From assembly GCA_035529015.1 (NCBI GenBank), contig DATKXP010000605.1, positions 10,361 to 34,360 on the forward strand: a DNA stretch of 24,000 nucleotides, read 5' to 3'. Origin of the DNA: Phycisphaerae bacterium. GTDB taxonomy: Bacteria; Planctomycetota; Phycisphaerae; FEN-1346. The notes below the pieces were generated by a model. It was given only the letters and a program-made list of their open reading frames with translations. It did not search any database and was not told the DNA's origin. A program made the translations under genes and the position numbers. Shown piece after piece: positions 6,906 to 13,801 of the stretch. Each line of letters begins with the position of its first letter. Positions within the stretch are counted from its first letter, which is position 1.

Positions 6906-8799
6906 ACGCGACGATCCCGGCCAGGTGTCCCCCTCCATTCGACGGCGTCTGCGCCTGTGGCGGCGGATTTGGGCGGTTGCCCTCGTCACGCTTCGCCAGG
7001 GCATGCGGATGCGCCTGTGGATTCTCGCGCCCGTCGCCGTCGCGGTCCTCGTCCTGACCGACCTGTCGTCGCCGCGATTCGATCTGGTCTTCGAGGGCAT
7101 CCCGGCGGCGGTCGGCACCAGTTTGCTCGTCATGACGGTGTTGACCGTCGTGCTCGGCGTCTTCTTCGCCACCTACTCGATCCCCGCCGAGATCGAGACG
7201 AAGGTGTCCTACAGCGTGGTCACCAAGCCGCTGGCCCGCTGGGAGATCGTGGCCGGCAAGACGGCCGGCATGTCGGTTCTCATGCTGGCCATGCTGGCGG
7301 TCGTCGGCGCCGGGGCCTATGCCTACGTCCTTGCGCGCGCCGGTGGCATCCAGTCGCTGGCGGCAAGCCGTCTTGACGAAGCGCGGCAGCGCGCCGCGCA
7401 CCCGGCCGACCTCAACGCCCTTGAAGCAGCGGCCCGCGACGGGCCGCTCACCACGTTCCGCTACCGAACGGCGGACTCGGGGCCCGACGTCCGGATTCAC
7501 TATCCCCCCGACATGCCGCCCGAGCCCGGCGTCCGCTGGATCCTCGGCGAGACGAGCAGGTTTCTGAGGTGGGGCCTGAGCACAACGCCGCTTCGCGAGT
7601 GGGTCGCGACCGGGACGGCGCACCTGCGGATCGCCCTCCGGGTTCGCCCTCCCTCGAAGGCGGACGCGCCGCCCCTGAAGGTGAACGTTGCATTGACGTC
7701 GGCGGACCTCGACGCTCGGGCCAAGGCTGCACCGGCACCGGCCCGCGCGGATCTGGTGCGTCAGGTGGTTATCGAGGTCCCCGACTCGGGCGTGATCGAG
7801 GTGCCCGTGGCGGGCCCGAACGTCCGGCCCGAGAAAGGCGTACTGAACCTGCCGCCGGCCGGTGACGCCGTCCTGGAAGTCGGCGCCGCGACGCCCGGCT
7901 ACCTGGTCGGCGCCGCTGGGGGCGCCGTTTCCATCGTGGGGCCGGGAGGACAACCGTTCCATCTCGACGCCGCACCTCAGGACCCTTCCGCCGCCGATCG
8001 CACCAGGGCCTATCTGGTCGGCCGCGACGACCTGCCGCGCCAGGTCGCCATCTTCCGATTCGGCGGCGTGCCGAGCGGCGCCCTCGGTCCCGGCAGCACG
8101 GCGGTGGAGATCAGGCTCTCGGTTGACGCGTGGAGCCCGGCCACGGTCGAGCCGGCAGCCGAGGCGACGTTCCTGAATCCTGCGACCGGCCGGCAGCAGA
8201 TCTTCAGGTTCACGCCCGAAGGCCACCACGCGACGCTCCTCTATCTCGACCGCGACTTCTGGCATGGCGGACCGTTGGAAGTGGGTCTGGAGTGTGTGAC
8301 GAAGGATGATTACCTCGGCGTGGTCCCCGCGAGCGTGCGGCTGCGGATGGATGGCGGTCCATTCGCGATCCACCTGGCCAAGGCCGTCCTGTGCGTGTGG
8401 CTGTTCGGAACCGTCCTGGCCGCTGCCGGCGTCCTGCCGAGCACCCGGTTCACGTGGTACACGAGTATCCTGGCGACGGGCGTTCTCCTGTTCGCAAGTT
8501 TCATGCGCGAGTTCGTCCGCAGTGAACTCCTCCGGGACCTCTGGGTGAAGCATGCCACCTGGCGCGTGGCCGAGTGGGCCAAATCCTGTTGGGACTGGGA
8601 TGGATGGGACAATGTCGTCGAGCAACTGATTATCCCGTTGCCCGACGTGTGGGCCCTGCTGCCCGACGACACCATCAGCACGGGCCAGGTGGCTTCGCTC
8701 GCACAGATGGCGGCGACCCTCGGCTGGGCGGCGCTGGCCACGGCGGTCCTCGTGGCGGCAGGGGCGCTGCTTTGGAGGAAGCGGGAGGTGGCGGCATGA
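6898..8799 (+). CDS. ABC-2-type permease with a large (~330 aa) extracytoplasmic insertion
   Basis: ORF 6853..8799 is trimmed to the ATG at 6898, which overlaps the ATPase stop (ATGCCTAA). It has three N-terminal TM helices and the ABC-2-like stretch IPAEIETKVSYSVVTKPLARWEIVAGKTAG. A non-hydrophobic Pro/Ala/Gly/Val-rich segment follows (roughly nt 7350-8350). Three more TMs then follow (FAIHLAKAVLCVWLFGTVLAAAGVL, WYTSILATGVLLFASFM, LGWAALATAVLVAAGALLW). Confidence 0.75.
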   Translation: MPKRDDPGQVSPSIRRRLRLWRRIWAVALVTLRQGMRMRLWILAPVAVAVLVLTDLSSPRFDLVFEGIPAAVGTSLLVMTVLTVVLGVFFATYSIPAEIETKVSYSVVTKPLARWEIVAGKTAGMSVLMLAMLAVVGAGAYAYVLARAGGIQSLAASRLDEARQRAAHPADLNALEAAARDGPLTTFRYRTADSGPDVRIHYPPDMPPEPGVRWILGETSRFLRWGLSTTPLREWVATGTAHLRIALRVRPPSKADAPPLKVNVALTSADLDARAKAAPAPARADLVRQVVIEVPDSGVIEVPVAGPNVRPEKGVLNLPPAGDAVLEVGAATPGYLVGAAGGAVSIVGPGGQPFHLDAAPQDPSAADRTRAYLVGRDDLPRQVAIFRFGGVPSGALGPGSTAVEIRLSVDAWSPATVEPAAEATFLNPATGRQQIFRFTPEGHHATLLYLDRDFWHGGPLEVGLECVTKDDYLGVVPASVRLRMDGGPFAIHLAKAVLCVWLFGTVLAAAGVLPSTRFTWYTSILATGVLLFASFMREFVRSELLRDLWVKHATWRVAEWAKSCWDWDGWDNVVEQLIIPLPDVWALLPDDTISTGQVASLAQMAATLGWAALATAVLVAAGALLWRKREVAA

Positions 8800-9908
8800 G
8801 CGCAAGCGGCTCAGGCGCCCGGCCGCCGCGGCGGGGCACGGTGCTGTTGGTTCTGGCCGTCGTGGCGGGTCTGGTGGCGGTGGTCCACCCGCTGCGCCGG
8901 TGGGTGGTCGAGCCGCGCCGACAAACGTTGCTCGGCCACCGGGAATCTCCCGGGCGGCGGCTGGCCCAGGCGTCGCAGTTCGGCTTCGCCACGGCATCCG
9001 GGGCGTCGATACGGCTGGTGCCCGGCCGCCCCGTGCTGGAGGTCAGCGACCTGCCGGCCCAGGCGGTCACGCTCATCCTCGGTGGCTTCCGCGGGCCGTA
9101 CGTCATGTGGCTGTGGGTCAAGGTCGAAGAAGACAAGCACAAGAAGGTCCACTTTGACCTGATCCACCGGTACACCCGAATCGCCATGCTCCAGAGCGAC
9201 TATCCCCAGGTGTGGACGTTCCTGGCGTGGAACCTGGCGTGGAACCTTCCGGTGCAGTGGCAGTCGCTGGAGCGGCGGTACCAGTGGATTCGGCGGGCCA
9301 TCGAGTTTCTCGGCGAGGGGTTCCGCAAGAACCCGCACAGCGCCGAGATCGCCGCCGACATGGGCCGCATCTACTCCGAAAAACTTGGGCGCTCGCAGGA
9401 GGCCGAGTACTACCGCCGACGGGTCAGGGAAGAGTTCGGCCGGAGCGTCTTTCTCGTCGCGTATGAGTGGTACGACCTGGCCCGCCAGGTGAACGAACGC
9501 CACAACTCGCTCGGACGCGGTCTCGGAAGGTCCGTCATGTACAGGCAGGCGTGCCATAACCTGTCGTACCACGCCAAGGAATTGACCCAGGACGTGTACG
9601 ATGCGTTCGCCGAGAGCGTCAAGGCTCGTGCCGACGGCCGCGATGCCGACGCACGCAAGGCCTACGAGACGGGCATCCGCAGACTCGACGAGGCTATCAA
9701 GGCCTGGAAGTGGGCGTGGCGCGACTGGCACGACGAGACGCTGCGGTTCGAGAAGGAACAGATCATGGCCATGCAACTCGAGATCTTCCGCAGGTTCCGC
9801 GCCGAAGCCGAGGAAACGACGCGCCAACTCGAGACGCTTCGCAACCAACTCACGTACGAGAACCTGCCCGACACCTTCCAGCGGATGCAGCGGCCCAAGA
9901 TCCAGTAG
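8796..9908 (+). CDS. Membrane-anchored Trp/Arg-rich helical protein of unknown function (ABC accessory candidate)
   Basis: ORF 8574..9908 is trimmed to the ATG at 8796, which overlaps the permease stop (ATGA). It has an Arg-rich N-terminus plus one TM (TVLLVLAVVAGLVAVV). The rest is helical: LILGGFRGPYVMWLWVKVEEDKHKKVHFDLIHRYTRIAMLQSDYPQVWTFLAWNLAWNLPVQWQ...RRAIEFLGEGFRKNP. I recognise no catalytic motif. Confidence 0.68.
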   Translation: MSASGSGARPPRRGTVLLVLAVVAGLVAVVHPLRRWVVEPRRQTLLGHRESPGRRLAQASQFGFATASGASIRLVPGRPVLEVSDLPAQAVTLILGGFRGPYVMWLWVKVEEDKHKKVHFDLIHRYTRIAMLQSDYPQVWTFLAWNLAWNLPVQWQSLERRYQWIRRAIEFLGEGFRKNPHSAEIAADMGRIYSEKLGRSQEAEYYRRRVREEFGRSVFLVAYEWYDLARQVNERHNSLGRGLGRSVMYRQACHNLSYHAKELTQDVYDAFAESVKARADGRDADARKAYETGIRRLDEAIKAWKWAWRDWHDETLRFEKEQIMAMQLEIFRRFRAEAEETTRQLETLRNQLTYENLPDTFQRMQRPKIQ

Positions 9909-9952
9909 CCGCCCATCCGGGACGGGTGGCATGGGCACGCTTGTAAGTGTTC

Positions 9953-10042
9953 AGCGCGGGTGGCACGGCAGCCCGAAGGGCGGCCGTGTTAGACACCGGG
10001 TGCCCACGGCCGCGGCTGCGCCGCTGCCGTGCCACCCACGCT
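9953..10042. repeat. Nested inverted repeat (long imperfect hairpin) between convergent genes
   Basis: The outer arms are perfect 15-mers: GGGTGGCACGGCAGC (9958-9972) and GCTGCCGTGCCACCC (10023-10037). They extend by AGCG/CGCT after one mismatch. The inner arms are perfect 9-mers: GCGGCCGTG (9980-9988) and CACGGCCGC (10005-10013). No U-tract follows on either strand. Confidence 0.6.
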
Positions 10043-10090
10043 AAGCAGGCACCCACGCTTGCATGGCCATGTTCCGGATGTGTCCCGCGG

Positions 10091-11338
10091 TCACTCGTCC
10101 CGCTCCCCATCAGGCGAAGCCAGGACGATAGCCAGCATCTGGCCGCCGAACCCGCTGGCGATCTTCAGGGCCCGTCGCACCGGCCGCCGGCGGGCCGTCA
10201 CCGGCGTGCAGTCCAGGCCGATCTGCGGGTCGGGGTCCGTGAGGTTTGCCGTAGGCGGGACGGCCCCGCGCCGAATGGCCAGGACCGTCAGGACGAGTTC
10301 GACGGCGGTTGCGGCCCCGAGCAGGTGGCCGTGCGAGCCTTTCGTGGCCGAGACGCTCACCGCGCCGGCCGCGCCTCCCAGGGCGATTCGGATGGCCCGC
10401 GCTTCGGCGGCGTCGTTGCTCACGGTTGCGGTTCCGTGCGCGTTGACGTAGTCCACGTCCTCGGGGGGCACGCCGGCGCGCTCAAGGGCCAGACGCAGGA
10501 GGTGGGCAAGCGTCTTGCCGTCCGCTTCCATGTCCGTGAGCCCGGTAGTCTGGCACCCGCCGGCCCAGCCTTGGACAAGGGCGATGGGCTCGGCCCCGCG
10601 CCGCGCGGCCGAGGCAAGTGACTCCAGGACGAGCACGCCGGCGCCTTCGCCAATGGCGAACCCGCGCCGCGACGCCGAGAACGGACGGACCGACGCCGCG
10701 GGATCGCCCCGCGCATCGGCCAGAACGCCCATCCGCCGATACGATCCGATGATCAACGGGTGCAGCGACGCCTCGGCCGCGCCCACCACCGCCACATCGA
10801 CCACGCCCCGCCGGATCAAACCCGCTCCCACGACCAGCGCATGCCCGCCCGAGGCGCAGGCCGTGACGGGCGCTCCAATCGGCCCCGTAAGGCCGAGGCG
10901 TGCCGCAACGGTTCGAGCGGCCGCGTCGGGTGTGACGTCGAGGGGCTCGCCGCAGTCAGGCCCGACGTTCGCTGCCTGCTGCGCGAGGGCAAACACCGCG
11001 CCTTTGCTCAGACTCAGGACCGTGGCGATCCGCTCGCGCGCGGGTGCACGATCTGGCGCGCACGCGTGAGCGTCGCGCGGTCTGTCAAGGCCTGCATGAT
11101 CCCACGCCTCGTCGGCGGCAGCGACGGCAAACTGGACGGCGCGGTCGAGGTGCTTCGTTCCGGCGGGAGGCACGAATCCGAGACATGCCGCGCCCGTGGC
11201 ATCCGGCACCTCGGTCATCTCAGAGAGGTACCCGACGGCGCTTCGACCCGCGAAGACCTCGTCAGCCGCGGCCAGGCCGACTCCCTGGGGCAGGACCAGA
11301 CCGAGTCCGGTGATGGCAACGCCCTGCTCTTCAGGCAT
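10091..11338 (-). CDS. Beta-ketoacyl-ACP synthase, KAS I/II (FabF/FabB-like) type
   Basis: 415 aa. Active-site Cys in VTACASGGHALVVG. His in VNAHGTATVSND. Lys/His in SATKGSHGHLLGAATAVE. This gives the Cys-His-His triad of elongating KAS enzymes. Its start overlaps the bioB stop by 8 nt. Confidence 0.88.
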   Translation of the reverse strand: MPEEQGVAITGLGLVLPQGVGLAAADEVFAGRSAVGYLSEMTEVPDATGAACLGFVPPAGTKHLDRAVQFAVAAADEAWDHAGLDRPRDAHACAPDRAPARERIATVLSLSKGAVFALAQQAANVGPDCGEPLDVTPDAAARTVAARLGLTGPIGAPVTACASGGHALVVGAGLIRRGVVDVAVVGAAEASLHPLIIGSYRRMGVLADARGDPAASVRPFSASRRGFAIGEGAGVLVLESLASAARRGAEPIALVQGWAGGCQTTGLTDMEADGKTLAHLLRLALERAGVPPEDVDYVNAHGTATVSNDAAEARAIRIALGGAAGAVSVSATKGSHGHLLGAATAVELVLTVLAIRRGAVPPTANLTDPDPQIGLDCTPVTARRRPVRRALKIASGFGGQMLAIVLASPDGERDE

Positions 11339-12338
11339 GACGGTCCCCGGCAGGGGCCCCTGCCCCGGCGGGTTGGAGGCCGAGGTTGCGGATCATCGCC
11401 AGGTCTTCTTCCGCCGGCCGCCCGGCGGTCGTGAGGTAGTTGCCGATGAGGCACGCATCCGCGCCGGCCAGGAACATCAGGCACTGAAGGTCCCGCAGGT
11501 TCCTCTCCCGCCCGCCGGCCACTTTGATGATCTGCCCCGGGAGAACGAGGCGAAACATGGCGACGATCGAGAGGATCTCAGCGGGCGAGAGCGGTGCCGC
11601 GTCGGCGAGCGGCGTGCCGGGCATGGGGTGAAGGAAGTTCAGCGGCACGACCGTGGCGCCGAGGTCGCGGACCGAGAGGGCCAGGTCCACGCGGTCCTCG
11701 TCGGTCTCGCCGATGCCGAACAGGCCGCCGCAGCACAGTTCCAACCCTGCCTCGACAACGGCCCGGGCGCTGCGCCGGCGGTCCTCCCAGGTGTGAGTCG
11801 TGCAGACGCGGGGGAAATGGCGGGCCGAGGTCTCGAGGTTGTGGTTGTATCGGGCGAACCCCGCCTCGCGGAGCCGCCGCACTCGGTCAACCGTCACGGC
11901 GCCGAGGCTCGCACACACGTCCAGGCTGGTCGTCTCGCGAACGGCGCGTCCGGCGTCAAGAACGCCGTCGAATTCGGCATCCGACAGGCGCCCGCCGCTC
12001 GAGACAAGACCGAGGTGCCGTGCCCCGACCGCCTCGGCCGCCTCAGCCGCGCGGACCACGTCCTTGGCACAGAGCAGGTCATGGGGAGGAACGCCGGTTT
12101 CCCAATGGGCGCTTTGGGCGCACCAGCGGCAGTCCTCGCCGCAGCGGCCCACACGCGCCGCGACGATGCTGCACAGGTGGACCGTGCGGCCGCGGAACCT
12201 GCGCCGGATACGGTCGGCGGCGAGCCAGACGGGCCAGGGGTCACACCGTGCGGCGGCGAGCAGCCCGAGCGCGTCATCGGCGCCGATGCGTTCGCCGGCC
12301 TCCACCCGCTGCGCGCACGATTCCACGGACCAGGTCAT
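11331..12338 (-). CDS. bioB: Biotin synthase (radical SAM)
   Basis: ORF 11331..12494 is trimmed to the ATG at 12338 (MTWSVESCAQR...), which clears the upstream small ORF ending at 12373. Radical-SAM motif CGEDCRWC. BioB-type motifs: YNHNLETSARHFPRVCTTHTWEDR, CCGGLFGIGETDEDR, IGNYLTTAGR. Confidence 0.87.
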   Translation of the reverse strand: MTWSVESCAQRVEAGERIGADDALGLLAAARCDPWPVWLAADRIRRRFRGRTVHLCSIVAARVGRCGEDCRWCAQSAHWETGVPPHDLLCAKDVVRAAEAAEAVGARHLGLVSSGGRLSDAEFDGVLDAGRAVRETTSLDVCASLGAVTVDRVRRLREAGFARYNHNLETSARHFPRVCTTHTWEDRRRSARAVVEAGLELCCGGLFGIGETDEDRVDLALSVRDLGATVVPLNFLHPMPGTPLADAAPLSPAEILSIVAMFRLVLPGQIIKVAGGRERNLRDLQCLMFLAGADACLIGNYLTTAGRPAEEDLAMIRNLGLQPAGAGAPAGDRHA

Positions 12339-12372
12339 GCCGCCACCCGACGCTCCGCGTGCCGCCCCTGCC

Positions 12373-12687
12373 CTACCGCGTTCGTGGCACCCCGGAGAAG
12401 TCGGTGGCCAAATTGCGGGTGCTTGCCAGTTTAAACTGCTGTCCGGCGGCACCGGCCCCCGCCTCCGGGATGTACAGGTTGGCGCGCTTGGCAACGATGT
12501 CGATGATCAACAGCCCCTCGCGGTTGTTATCGAGCGCACCGGTGACCATGATGTAGTCGCCGGCGCGGGTCGAGGTGCTCGCCACGGCCGCCGGCTCAGA
12601 GCGTCCGACGTAAAGTGCCAGCGCCACGGAGGCGAGAGTGACGTTCACACAAAGCAACGCTATGAGTATCAGGTCTTTGGCCTTCAT
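12373..12687 (-). CDS. Small N-terminally anchored protein, unknown function (paralog B)
   Basis: 104 aa, ATG start with GGAG 9 nt upstream. N-terminal TM/signal anchor LILIALLCVNVTLASVALALYV. The remainder is GDYIMVTGALDNNREGLLIIDIVAKRANLY...FKLASTRNLATDF. It shares architecture and a sparse motif with the upstream ORF 12713..13003. Confidence 0.65.
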   Translation of the reverse strand: MKAKDLILIALLCVNVTLASVALALYVGRSEPAAVASTSTRAGDYIMVTGALDNNREGLLIIDIVAKRANLYIPEAGAGAAGQQFKLASTRNLATDFSGVPRTR

Positions 12688-12712
12688 GAGTGTATCTCCG
12701 TTAGTCCCTGGG

Positions 12713-13003
12713 TCAGGGCACCGTACGCACGGGAAAGTCCTGCGTCAGCATGACGCCCGACGACGGCTGCAGTTCGTACTTCGGCGGTGCCATGTTGTAG
12801 AATATGAGCCGGCGCGACTCGGTATCGACGATGGCGAAACTGACGAAACGCTCCCGGACCTCGATGGCCGTTGCCAGGTACGTGTCGTACACGCTCCCCC
12901 GCGCGTAGGCCGCCCGCTCGCGCTGCAATCCGCTGGCCACCAGGCCGCCGAGCAGCACCGCGAGCACGACAAGCACACCAATTGCGACTTTCTTGCCGTC
13001 CAT
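12713..13003 (-). CDS. Small N-terminally anchored protein, unknown function (paralog A)
   Basis: 96 aa, ATG start with a strong SD (GGAAGGAGA) 6 nt upstream. N-terminal TM VAIGVLVVLAVLLGGLVASGL. The remainder is DTYLATAIEVRERFVSFAIVDTESRRLIFY...YELQPSSGVMLTQDF. Confidence 0.7.
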   Translation of the reverse strand: MDGKKVAIGVLVVLAVLLGGLVASGLQRERAAYARGSVYDTYLATAIEVRERFVSFAIVDTESRRLIFYNMAPPKYELQPSSGVMLTQDFPVRTVP

Positions 13004-13048
13004 TGAGTTCTCCTTCCGTGGGTGCCGGTATCGGCACCGCCCCTGAAG

Positions 13049-13270
13049 TTACGATCGGCGGAAACGTTTACAGGCGCTCGTAAGAACCGCCAGGCTCATC
13101 CCGAATGCGACCATGTTCGGGATGATATAGGACGGTAGTGTCCCCCCCTCGGAGGTCGTCGAGCGGTCGGCACCGGCCGCCGCCGTGGCGAGGCCGATGA
13201 GGACCAGCAGCGCCGCCGCCGTCGCGACGGCCGTCCGCATCACGCGCATCCACCAGGCAGGTTGCCGCAC
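13049..13270 (-). CDS. Mini membrane protein (signal-like N-terminus plus C-terminal TM and basic tail); start uncertain
   Basis: GTG start at 13270, with GGGAGA about 7 nt upstream. Alternative ATG starts lie at 13249 and 13240. Sequence: ...MRTAVATAAALLVLIGLATAAAGADRSTTSEGGTLPSYIIPNMVAFGMSLAVLTSACKRFRRS. It fits neatly in the 13004-13291 gap on the same strand as its neighbours. There is no homology-type evidence. Confidence 0.45.
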   Translation of the reverse strand: MRQPAWWMRVMRTAVATAAALLVLIGLATAAAGADRSTTSEGGTLPSYIIPNMVAFGMSLAVLTSACKRFRRS

Positions 13271-13291
13271 CGACGCTCTCCCTGCGGCCCG

Positions 13292-13792
13292 TCAGAAGAA
13301 CGAGGCGACGGGCCTCACCAGTTTCCGAAACGCGGCCGTCGGCACGCTGACGGTGCCCCACGAGGGGCTCCGCGTCCGGCAGGCGTCGGCGTACACGCTC
13401 CGGTGGACGCCGACGAGGCCGTAGTATTCACCGCGAAAGTGGTGCACGACCTCGAACCTGGCCGCCTCCTCCGGCTGCGCCAGATGATAGCAGAAAACGA
13501 GCAGTCCTGCAAATCCGGAACCGAAAACCTCCTCCCATCGTGCCAGGCAATCGAGGTCGTCGCGGGTGGTCCAGTTCTCCCATCGGCGGCCGCCCCGATA
13601 CGGGAACTTCCGCCCTTTCACGTCCACGAGCAGGTTCACCCCTGCCCCGCTGTAGACGACGAAGTCGAAACTCTTCAGGTGGACCCCGGCGAAGATGGCC
13701 TTTTTCGCCTCATCAACCGCCACGTACGGGACGCCGGCCGACCGAAGGTAATCCTCGAAAGAGGCCTCGTAGATGACCTTCCGGTTGGCCAT
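13292..13792 (-). CDS. HYExAFE-family-like protein with a PD-(D/E)xK (restriction-endonuclease-fold)-like motif
   Basis: 166 aa. The N-terminus MANRKVIYEASFEDYLRSAGVPYVAVDEAKKAI matches my recollection of the 'HYExAFE family' opening (here IYEASFE). SFDFVVY...NLLVDVKGRKFP gives a D...(D/E)xK arrangement. The start is 10 nt after the hisS stop. Confidence 0.7.
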   Translation of the reverse strand: MANRKVIYEASFEDYLRSAGVPYVAVDEAKKAIFAGVHLKSFDFVVYSGAGVNLLVDVKGRKFPYRGGRRWENWTTRDDLDCLARWEEVFGSGFAGLLVFCYHLAQPEEAARFEVVHHFRGEYYGLVGVHRSVYADACRTRSPSWGTVSVPTAAFRKLVRPVASFF

Positions 13793-13801
13793 GGCATGGC
13801 T

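Noticed and set aside
5481-8997. Very long minus-strand ORFs (5481..7172, 563 aa; 6727..8997, 756 aa)
   Set aside because: They are antisense to the ABC ATPase, which has full Walker A, signature and Walker B motifs, and to the permease, which has clear TM helices. Their translations are Arg/Pro/Gly-rich low-information sequence.
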